Source: Candidatus Acidiferrales bacterium
GTDB lineage: Bacteria > Acidobacteriota > Terriglobia > Acidiferrales > UBA7541
DNA length: 64,000 nt
Assembly: GCA_049696975.1 (NCBI GenBank)
Contig: JBAVUW010000134.1
Coordinates: forward strand, 841-64,840
Direction of reading: 5' to 3'
Positions 35,653-43,925 of this stretch are shown here, piece after piece (the stretch's first letter is position 1; each line of letters starts with the position of its first letter). A program made the position numbers and the translations under genes. The notes beneath the pieces are model-generated. The model was not told where the DNA came from and ran no database searches. It saw only the letters and a list, made by a program, of their open reading frames with translations.

Positions 35653-36690
35653 ATGACTGCCGGGAAAAAACTACGCAAAAAGATGGCGGGCGTGCATCGA
35701 CGGATGCGCGAGCTGCAGAAGCTTGCCAAGGCGCTGGTTTCAACGCGCCATCCCCTGCTGGTGCACATCATTCCCATTCGGCGCTGCAACCTGGCTTGCA
35801 CGTACTGCAACGAGTTCGACGATTTCTCGAAGCCGGTGCCGACCGAAGAGATGTTCCGGCGGATCGACCGGCTGGGCGCCATGGGCACCGCGGCAGTGAC
35901 GATCAGCGGAGGCGAGCCGCTGCTGCATCCCGATCTCGACGCGATTATTTCGCGGATCCGGAAGAACGGGATGCTGGCCGGGATGATCACGAACGGCTAT
36001 CTGCTGGTGGCCGATCGGATCGAGCGGTTGAATCGCGCCGGGCTGGAGCATTTGCAGATCAGCATCGACAACGTGCAGCCGGACGACGTGTCGAAGAAGA
36101 GCCTGAAAGTTCTGGACGCGAAACTGGGGCTGCTGGCCGAACACGCGATGTTTCACGTGAACATCAATTCGGTGCTGGGCAGTGGAGTGAAAAATCCCGA
36201 AGACGCGCTGAAGGTGGCGCACCGGGCACTGGAACTGGGTTTCACATCCACGGTGGGGATTCTGCACGACGGCAACGGGCAGCTGGAGCCGCTGGGCACG
36301 CGCGAGCAGGAGATTTTTGAGGAAATCATGTCTCTGGGCAAGGCGTCGTTCACGCGCGTGAACGGTTTCCAGCACAACATCGCCGCAGGGCGCGAGAATG
36401 AATGGCGGTGTCGTGCGGGCTCGCGCTATCTGTACATTTGCGAAGACGGGCTGGTCCACTACTGCTCGCAGCAGCGCGGGCATCCGGGGATTCCGCTGGC
36501 CGACTACACGGCGGAGCAGCGGCAACGCGAATTCTTGACGAAGAAGGGTTGCGCGCCGCGATGCACGGTTTCGTGCGTGCATCAGATTTCGGTCGTCGAT
36601 CGCTGGCGCGCGCCGCAGAGATTCGACGGCGGCTCGCCAGCGACATCGGGATCGCTGGTGCAGCTCACCGGGCCCGCCGCGCGCGACTGA
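35653..36690 (+). CDS. radical SAM protein with SPASM/twitch-like C-terminal Cys domain
   Basis: CNLACTYC (CX3CX2C) and a GGEPLL motif, plus C-terminal CX12GX4C and CX3CX3C. The start is uncertain (GTG 35566, ATG 35653 or ATG 35683). Confidence 0.8.
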   Translation: MTAGKKLRKKMAGVHRRMRELQKLAKALVSTRHPLLVHIIPIRRCNLACTYCNEFDDFSKPVPTEEMFRRIDRLGAMGTAAVTISGGEPLLHPDLDAIISRIRKNGMLAGMITNGYLLVADRIERLNRAGLEHLQISIDNVQPDDVSKKSLKVLDAKLGLLAEHAMFHVNINSVLGSGVKNPEDALKVAHRALELGFTSTVGILHDGNGQLEPLGTREQEIFEEIMSLGKASFTRVNGFQHNIAAGRENEWRCRAGSRYLYICEDGLVHYCSQQRGHPGIPLADYTAEQRQREFLTKKGCAPRCTVSCVHQISVVDRWRAPQRFDGGSPATSGSLVQLTGPAARD

Positions 36691-36744
36691 TCCATGTTGC
36701 CGGGCCACAAGCTCCTGCCCCATAAATACCGCGTATAAAAATCA

Positions 36745-38352
36745 ATGGCCGCCACTGCTGAATACGCCGCGCGTCCTGCTTCCGTCGCGCAGGTGAATCC
36801 CTGGTTGATCGCCATCACGGTGATGGCCGCTACGTTCATGGAGGTGTTGGATACCAGCGTGGCGAACGTGTCTCTGCCGCACATTGCCGGAAATCTGTCG
36901 GCGGGAGTGGACGAAAGCACGTGGGTGTTGACGTCCTACCTGGTTTCCAACGCGATCGTGTTGCCCCTGACCGGATGGTTTTCCGCGCTTTTCGGGCGCA
37001 AGAGGTTTTTTATCGGATGCGTGATCATTTTCACGTTGAGCTCGCTGTTGTGCGGACTGGCGCCCTCACTGCCGATGCTGGTGCTGTTTCGCGTGATCCA
37101 GGGCGCGGGGGGCGGGGGAATGCAGCCGGTGTCGCAGGCCATCCTGGTCGATAGCTTTCCGCGCGAAAAGCAGGGCATGGCCATGGCGATTTACGGAATG
37201 GGTGTGGTGGTGGCGCCGACGATCGGGCCCACACTCGGCGGATGGATCACGGACAACTATTCGTGGCGATGGATTTTCCTGCTGAACGTCCCGATCGGCG
37301 TGACTTCGCTGCTGCTGATCTCGATGCTGATCCGTGAATCGGCGCGCGAGTCACGCGGAACGGCGAAGCAGGGCGTGAAGATCGACTTCATCGGTCTCGG
37401 GCTGCTGGCTGTGGGATTGGGTTTCTTGCAGATCGTTCTGGATAAGGGCCAGAGAGACGACTGGTTCGGGTCGCCCTTCATCGTCTGGGGCACGGTGATC
37501 TCGGTGGTGGCGCTGATCGGCCTGATTGTTCGCGAGCTCGCCGTCGAGAATCCGGTCGTGGACATACATTTATTCCGCGATCGAAATTTCGCCATTTCGA
37601 CATTCATGATGTACACCCTCGGCTTCGTGCTCTACGGCACCACCCTGCTGCTTCCGATCCTGATGCAGACGCTAATGGGTTATACGGCGATGGAGAGCGG
37701 CATGGTGCTGCTGCCGGGAGGTTTGTTACTGCTTGGGACTTTGCCCTTCGTGGGAATTCTGCTGAGCAAATTCGCTCCTAGATGGATCGTGGTGACAGGA
37801 CTGGTGGTGATGGCCACGGGGCTTTTCCAGCTCTCGCATCTCGCACTAAATGCGGGCGGCCGGTCGATGGTCTTCGATTGGGCCATTTCGCGAATGGGCA
37901 CGGCATTCCTGTTCGTGCCGATCAACGTGATGGCGTTTTATTTCGTGCCGAAGGGAAAGATGAACAACGCCTCCGGTTTGATCAATCTGGCGCGGAATAT
38001 CGGCGCGAGTACGGGGATCTCGTTTGTGACTACGATGCTGGACCGGCGGGCGCAGTTTCATCAGGATGTTCTTTCGGGCAATCTGCAGCGAACAAATCCG
38101 CATTTGCGGAGCGCGCTCTATCGCATCACGCACCTGATGATGACGAAGGGGCCGGATGCAGTCCACGCGGCAACGCAGGCGCAGGGGATGATCTATGCGC
38201 AATTGCAGCGCCAGGCGATGATGCTGTCGTTTGTGGATAATTTCCGTACGATGGCGCTCCTATGCGTGGCGGTGATTCCGCTGATGCTGATTATGAAGGG
38301 CCGGAGCAACTCGCGCGATGGTCGGCCTTCCACTCACGATCACGTGCATTAA
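36745..38352 (+). CDS. MFS transporter, DHA2 (EmrB/QacA) family, 14 TMS
   Basis: FMEVLDTSVANVSLPHIAG, LFGRKR and WRWIFLLNVPIG motifs. Length 535 aa. Confidence 0.85.
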   Translation: MAATAEYAARPASVAQVNPWLIAITVMAATFMEVLDTSVANVSLPHIAGNLSAGVDESTWVLTSYLVSNAIVLPLTGWFSALFGRKRFFIGCVIIFTLSSLLCGLAPSLPMLVLFRVIQGAGGGGMQPVSQAILVDSFPREKQGMAMAIYGMGVVVAPTIGPTLGGWITDNYSWRWIFLLNVPIGVTSLLLISMLIRESARESRGTAKQGVKIDFIGLGLLAVGLGFLQIVLDKGQRDDWFGSPFIVWGTVISVVALIGLIVRELAVENPVVDIHLFRDRNFAISTFMMYTLGFVLYGTTLLLPILMQTLMGYTAMESGMVLLPGGLLLLGTLPFVGILLSKFAPRWIVVTGLVVMATGLFQLSHLALNAGGRSMVFDWAISRMGTAFLFVPINVMAFYFVPKGKMNNASGLINLARNIGASTGISFVTTMLDRRAQFHQDVLSGNLQRTNPHLRSALYRITHLMMTKGPDAVHAATQAQGMIYAQLQRQAMMLSFVDNFRTMALLCVAVIPLMLIMKGRSNSRDGRPSTHDHVH

Positions 38353-39824
38353 GCCGATCGCCGGGCAAGGATTTTCACAAAGGAGCCTATGCGGAGCTCT
38401 TCTTGGGTCAGGTCCGTTATCGCTTCGACTTCGCCGGCCTCGAGCGCGCCGCAGTGGATTGCTTGTAGAAAATAGTTCAGCAGGCCCTGGACCATGGCTG
38501 CGTCGTCGAAGACGTGGCCTAGGCGCGTGGCTTGCGCGGCCTTTTCGAGGAAGTTGCGGAGGCGCGCGGCGGACGACTCGAGGTTTTCCAGAAAAAACAA
38601 ATAGACGGCGGCGAAGCGGGCGGGAAGTTGTGCCGGATGCAGGTCCCATCCCTGGTAGAAACCGTTTTCGAGCGCGCGGCGGACATGCTCGAACTCGAGC
38701 TTCCAACCCTGATGCACCGCGGCGCGATTCTCGTCGATCTGACGCGTGGCGAGCGCAAGACCGTCTTTCGCTGCGCGGTGTGGCGGGATCGGGAGAACAT
38801 TCAGGGGGCCGTCCGCGATGCGGATTCCCGTTTCGGCGAGCGCGACCTGCATTACCTGGCGGGCAAAATTGGATGCGGCATGCACTCCGGCGCTTTTCGG
38901 GGCGGCGATGCCGAGTGAGGCCGTGTAGTCAAACGGGCCAAAATGAGCCGCGACGCAGCGGCCGCGGGCGGCGCTGGCGAGCGCCAACAGATTTGTTTCG
39001 CCGCGCTCGTTGAAGATAGCCTGGGAAGTTTCGACCATCAACTCGATGCGTAGCGCGCCGGGATCGAAATCGAGCATGGGTTCAAGCCGCGAGCAGATGT
39101 CGGCGAGGGCGGCGACTTCGTCTGCCAGGGCGACCTTGGGCAAGGTAATGCAGAAATGGGGCGGCAGTTTGCCGCGCGATTTCCCCGCAAGCTCCGTAAG
39201 GAATATGTCGAGCGTGCGGATGCTGCGGTCGCGAAGCTCTTCGGTCAAAGGCTTGATGCGAACGCCGATGAACGGGGGTAGTTCGCCGGCGTCCATGCCG
39301 TTACTGATCTCGGCTGCGGCTGATACGGCGTGGGCGTCCTCTTCGTCGTCGGGGCGATTGCCATAGCCATCCTCGAAATCGAGCCGGAAATCTTCGACCG
39401 GCTCCCGGCGCAACTTTTCGCGAACACGCCGGTAAATCGTGTGCGCGAGCCAAGCGTTCTGATTTTCGCGTCGCGCCACCTGCGGATCCGATTCGATCGA
39501 TCGCGCAATCGACGCGGTCGCATCGGGCGCCGCGGGCAGGCTGGACGCACCCGGGAGGCCGATGGCTTTCGCGAACGCCGCGAAGTCCGGCGCGTATTCG
39601 TCGAGTGAGCGCAGAGCCAGATCGCCAAGTCGCCGCGCGGTGCCGGAACGAAACAGATGTGCGCCACCGTACACGACGTGGACGGGTTGCCGTTCGGCGC
39701 CCACGCCTGGATAGCGGCGTTGGAGGGCTTTGTGCGCCTGCTCGAGGCGGACGGCGATCTCCTGGAGCGATTCGGGGGGCAGCGTGCGCTTCATGAAACC
39801 TTTCGCGTGGTTTACCGCTTCCAA
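38349..39824 (-). CDS. HpcH/CitE/malate-synthase-like aldolase superfamily protein (tentative)
   Basis: 491 aa with DFEDGYG and a TIM-barrel-like pattern reminiscent of the aldolase/citrate-lyase family. Recognition by eye only. Confidence 0.4.
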   Translation of the reverse strand: MEAVNHAKGFMKRTLPPESLQEIAVRLEQAHKALQRRYPGVGAERQPVHVVYGGAHLFRSGTARRLGDLALRSLDEYAPDFAAFAKAIGLPGASSLPAAPDATASIARSIESDPQVARRENQNAWLAHTIYRRVREKLRREPVEDFRLDFEDGYGNRPDDEEDAHAVSAAAEISNGMDAGELPPFIGVRIKPLTEELRDRSIRTLDIFLTELAGKSRGKLPPHFCITLPKVALADEVAALADICSRLEPMLDFDPGALRIELMVETSQAIFNERGETNLLALASAARGRCVAAHFGPFDYTASLGIAAPKSAGVHAASNFARQVMQVALAETGIRIADGPLNVLPIPPHRAAKDGLALATRQIDENRAAVHQGWKLEFEHVRRALENGFYQGWDLHPAQLPARFAAVYLFFLENLESSAARLRNFLEKAAQATRLGHVFDDAAMVQGLLNYFLQAIHCGALEAGEVEAITDLTQEELRIGSFVKILARRSA

Positions 39825-40006
39825 TCCTGAGCGGCGACCGATTTTCGAACTGCAGAATCCGAGTTGTCCGAAAGTACGGGACAGGATACATTTGTTTAAC
39901 TAGGGGCGATAGTTCCAAGCGATTCGCAGGGCCCGGGCGGGAATCGAATAGCCCGCAGCGCCTCAGGTTATTCCGCGCGTAATTACCGGCGAAATAGACG
40001 GACGCG

Positions 40007-40996
40007 ATGTTTGAAAGAATTCTCATTGTCGATGATGAACCCGGAGCGCGAACCGCTCTGGCGACCTTGCTGCGACGCGAGGGCTTTGAAGTGCGTGACG
40101 TGAGCGACGGTCCGGCGGCGCTGGTCGCGTGCGCGACGTTTCGTCCCGACCTGATCCTGCTGGATATCGTGATGCCCGGCATGGACGGCTTCGAGGTCTG
40201 CCGGCGGATCAAGGCGACGCCTGAAACGCGACTGACGCCGGTGGTGCTGATCACCGGGCTGTCGGCCACCGAAGACCGCATCCGGGGGATCAATGCGAGT
40301 GCAGACGATTTTCTTAGCAAGCCGATCGATTTTAATGAGCTGCTGGCGCGCACGCGTTCGCTGCTGCGGCTGAAACAATATACCGACGAGCTCGAAAACG
40401 CGGAGGGCGTGCTCTACAGCCTGGCGCAGAGCATCGAGGCGCGCGATCCGTACACTTCGGGGCACTGCGAACGGCTGGCGGAAATGTCGGCGCGGCTCGG
40501 CGGGCGGCTGGGATTGCTCGACGACGATATTCGCGCGCTCAATCGCGCGGGAATCGTGCACGATATCGGCAAGGTGGTCGTGCCGGACGCCATATTACTG
40601 AAGCCAGGGCCGCTTTCCGCCGAAGAAACCGTGGTCATGCGCGAGCATCCGGTCGTGGGCGAGCGAATTTGCGCGCCGCTGCGGACTTTCGGCCGTGTGC
40701 TCCCGATCATACGGCATCATCACGAGCGGCACGATGGAACGGGATATCCCGACGGATTGCGCGGCGACGAAATCCCGCTGACGGCGGCGATCTTGCAGCT
40801 GGCCGATGTGTACGACGCGCTGACGACGGACCGGCCGTATCGTAAGGCGTCGCGCTGGGATGAGGCGCTGGCGATCATGGACGATGAGGCGAAGATGGGC
40901 TGGTGGGACCGGAACTTGTTCGATAATTTCCGGGCGATGATCACCGAAATTCATGCCAATGAGGCGGCTCAGAAATTGGGCAAGGCTGCCGGGTGA
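40007..40996 (+). CDS. response regulator with HD-GYP phosphodiesterase domain
   Basis: REC domain (ILIVDDE...DLILLDIVMPGMDG...K) followed by HDIGK and HHERHDGTGYPDGL. Confidence 0.87.
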   Translation: MFERILIVDDEPGARTALATLLRREGFEVRDVSDGPAALVACATFRPDLILLDIVMPGMDGFEVCRRIKATPETRLTPVVLITGLSATEDRIRGINASADDFLSKPIDFNELLARTRSLLRLKQYTDELENAEGVLYSLAQSIEARDPYTSGHCERLAEMSARLGGRLGLLDDDIRALNRAGIVHDIGKVVVPDAILLKPGPLSAEETVVMREHPVVGERICAPLRTFGRVLPIIRHHHERHDGTGYPDGLRGDEIPLTAAILQLADVYDALTTDRPYRKASRWDEALAIMDDEAKMGWWDRNLFDNFRAMITEIHANEAAQKLGKAAG

Positions 40997-41070
40997 GACA
41001 CGAAAACCTGCGGCATCGTCCGGGAGGCACGCGGAAGAGGGAAACACCGCTCGGGCGCCTTCGTTACGAC

Positions 41071-42012
41071 CTACTTCTTCAGCCGGGAATCTCCCGAGTA
41101 AACCACGAACCGGCGGCCGCGCAGGAAGCCGATCAACGTCTGGCCCATTTCGCGGGCCAGGCGCACGGCGAGGCTTGAGGGCGCTGAGACCGACGCTACC
41201 ACCGGCAAGCCCGCCACGATCGCTTTCTGCACGATTTCGAATCCCCCGCGGCCGCTGACAACCAGGATCGTGTCGCCGAGCGGGACGCGGTCATCGAGCA
41301 GGGCCCATCCGATTACTTTGTCCACGGCGTTGTGCCGGCCGATGTCTTCGCGCAGCACGAGTAGTCCTCCCGTAGCGTCGAAGAGCGCGGCGGCGTGGAG
41401 GCCGCCGGTTCGGCCGAAGACGGCTTGCGATTCGCGTAGCGTTACGGGGAGGCGTACGAGGATTTCGGGATCGAGCCTGAAATCAGGATTGGGTGCAGAG
41501 AGCGTGCGCGCGCGGATCGCATCGATCGTCGCCTTTCCGCAGATGCCGCAGCTCGACGCCGCGAAAAAATTACGGCGCATTTTGTCCGAATCGTAGTCCG
41601 CGTCCCGATCGAGCCTCGCGCTAACCAGGTTGCCCCGATTTTCCCCCGCGTCCATCGATTCGAGCTCCTCCAGCATGAGGATTTGGGCGCGGCGCTGTAC
41701 GAGGCCTTCTGTGAAGAGAAAACCGGCGGCGAGTTCGATGTCATGTCCCGGCGTGCGCATGGTAACGCTCAGCGGATTGTGGCCTATGCGAATTTCGAGA
41801 GGCTCTTCGGTTGCCAGGTAGTCTTCTTTGCGGTGGGATTTGCCGTCGTCCCATTCCGTGACTTGGGTCAGATCGATACTGCGCGCTTTGCGGGCCAAAG
41901 GATTGTCTCCGGGTGGAAAGAATACATTGGTTTCGCGGCGGGAGCGCGTCAATCGTCCCTGCGCGCCTCCCGGGAGCGCCCGGTGTTCCAATCCTTCCAA
42001 AAGCGCCACCAA
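41071..42012 (-). CDS. fdhD: formate dehydrogenase accessory sulfurtransferase FdhD
   Basis: SSCGICGK active-site loop, GGLHAAALF and RHNAVDK motifs. The true start is probably downstream of 42012. Confidence 0.8.
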   Translation of the reverse strand: MVALLEGLEHRALPGGAQGRLTRSRRETNVFFPPGDNPLARKARSIDLTQVTEWDDGKSHRKEDYLATEEPLEIRIGHNPLSVTMRTPGHDIELAAGFLFTEGLVQRRAQILMLEELESMDAGENRGNLVSARLDRDADYDSDKMRRNFFAASSCGICGKATIDAIRARTLSAPNPDFRLDPEILVRLPVTLRESQAVFGRTGGLHAAALFDATGGLLVLREDIGRHNAVDKVIGWALLDDRVPLGDTILVVSGRGGFEIVQKAIVAGLPVVASVSAPSSLAVRLAREMGQTLIGFLRGRRFVVYSGDSRLKK

Positions 42013-42097
42013 AGAATCTGGCCCGCCCCGAAGAACTCAGGGCGGGCCAGGGGGCGTTGCTTGGCGTGAGTGACTACGAGGGATTTCTTGGGGTGTT

Positions 42098-43774
42098 TTA
42101 GTTTTCCTTTTCCAGCACGATTCCCGTCGCGGGGTCCAGGATCAGAATCGGTGCGTTGTTGTTGGGATTGTCGTCGAAGTTGAACATTCCATTCAGGCGA
42201 CCGGCCTTTGCGTCGCTGGAATTTTCCCCGACTCGGCCCAGATTCCAGTTGTCCTCGATGAAGCGAAGGATGGAGGACTGGTCCGTGACACGGTGATCGA
42301 CGTAGTTGACCTTCGCGTAGGGCGAAACGACGATCAGAGGCTGGCGAGGACCGTAACCGCACTGGCCCTGGGTGCTCGCGCTCGGCGAACCGCAGATTCC
42401 CATGCCGGCAAGCGCGTCATCGGAAACCGCGGATTGATTCACGATCGGTCCGAGGACGTGATCGTACCAGCCGTCGGAATCGTCATAGGCGAGGATGATC
42501 GCCGTGCTGTTCCAGAACGGGCTGTTCATGACGGCGTTCACGACGCCGACGACGAAAACCTGTTCGTCGATCGGATCTGAGTAGCCGGGATGGCCGTCCT
42601 GGTAGGCGCCAGCCTTCAAGTAGGTAACCGCCGGCAGTCGGTCTTCCTCCAGAGCCGTCCAGAAGGCGCTGACATCGTACTGGTGGTGCGTGCCATCGGC
42701 GGACTGTCCGATCAAACCAGGATCGGACGGACCGACGTGATGGGCGTTCAAGGTGCTGGCGAAAAACTGGAACGGCTCGTGGTGCGGAATGTAGTCGCCG
42801 TCGCTGGAGTTTTGAGGATTCGTGCCGTCATCGCCGGCGAGCCCTGCATGATGCTGGCCGCAGATCGCATGGCCATTGGCATCGACGCCGGTAGGAGCGA
42901 ATCCTCCCTGGAACCAGCCCCAGGGTATGTTTTTCGCGTTCAGTAGGTCTCCCACGCTCTTGCCGCTGAACGAGACCAGGTTCGCGCCCTGCAAGCCGGG
43001 GTCGGTAAGAACGCACTCATCGCCCAGCGGACGAACGTCGCCGAGCAGCGCGCCCGTCAATTGCCCGTTGGCGATGTTGCCGGAGGGCGCCGCGGGTTTT
43101 CCGTTGACCTTGAGCGGCTGCATGGCGGCGCCTTCGGTGGTGCCGGCGACGAGGTTGATGGCGCCGACGGTCGAGGGTCCGAACATGGTGCTGTAGGAGT
43201 TGTCGCTCAGGGCGAAATGCTGCGCATAGTTCCACATCGCGGTGACCGTGTTGCCGTCGAAATAGCCCATCACATCGCCCGTCCCCTTGCTGTAGTCGTT
43301 GCAAGCCGGGGTGGAGGAAGCGGCTGCCGAACCGGTGTTGGCCGGGAACGCGTCCATCAAACCGTGGTCGTCGGCCATTTGCTCGGGCGTGTAGCTGTGG
43401 TTCATATCGCAGGTCACGGAGGCCACACCGGTGTCCATGCGGAAAGGCTGCGTCGAATTCGGGTTCTCGGTCAGCAGGCCGCCGCTGAGGAGGTTGTTCA
43501 CGCGAGGCGTGTGCGCCTTCGGGTGAAACTGGGGCTCGCCTTCCGGATTGGTGGCGTGCGGATAGGTCGCAAAATAGTGGTCGAAGGAAATGTTCTCGCC
43601 GAAGATCACGATCACGTGCTTGATGGGCGTCGTCGTCTGCAAATTCGCGGCCGGATCCACGAAGCCGCGGCCATTTCCGTTGCGATTGTTGCCGAACAGG
43701 ACGCTCGGACTTGCCAGAATGAGATTGGATGCGACGAGGATCGACGCCATCCAGCGCAGATTCTTTCCGATCAT
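42098..43774 (-). CDS. secreted phosphoesterase family protein (phospholipase C / AcpA-like)
   Basis: IKHVIVIFGENISFDHYF motif. Start at ATG 43774 is preceded by AAGGAG at 5-nt spacing. A signal peptide is present. Confidence 0.8.
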   Translation of the reverse strand: MIGKNLRWMASILVASNLILASPSVLFGNNRNGNGRGFVDPAANLQTTTPIKHVIVIFGENISFDHYFATYPHATNPEGEPQFHPKAHTPRVNNLLSGGLLTENPNSTQPFRMDTGVASVTCDMNHSYTPEQMADDHGLMDAFPANTGSAAASSTPACNDYSKGTGDVMGYFDGNTVTAMWNYAQHFALSDNSYSTMFGPSTVGAINLVAGTTEGAAMQPLKVNGKPAAPSGNIANGQLTGALLGDVRPLGDECVLTDPGLQGANLVSFSGKSVGDLLNAKNIPWGWFQGGFAPTGVDANGHAICGQHHAGLAGDDGTNPQNSSDGDYIPHHEPFQFFASTLNAHHVGPSDPGLIGQSADGTHHQYDVSAFWTALEEDRLPAVTYLKAGAYQDGHPGYSDPIDEQVFVVGVVNAVMNSPFWNSTAIILAYDDSDGWYDHVLGPIVNQSAVSDDALAGMGICGSPSASTQGQCGYGPRQPLIVVSPYAKVNYVDHRVTDQSSILRFIEDNWNLGRVGENSSDAKAGRLNGMFNFDDNPNNNAPILILDPATGIVLEKEN

Positions 43775-43925
43775 GAATTCTCCTTGTAGGTTGCGAGTTT
43801 CCGTTTGACGCCGCCTCGCGCTTCGCGGCGACGGCACTGGCGCACTCCGAGTGCCGAGCGGCCTGCGGAATCAAACGCGTGGAAGATGGATACGCTGTGG
43901 TTGTTAGGGCGTGATGACTAGGTCA

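Noticed and set aside
35653-36690. Possibility that this radical SAM gene is the missing AmmeMemoRadiSam activase for the MEMO-like gene at 51390-52196
   Set aside because: It lies 15 kb away on a different operon. It carries a SPASM/twitch-like C-terminal domain rather than the small PflA-like activase architecture. No AMMECR1 gene is present nearby.
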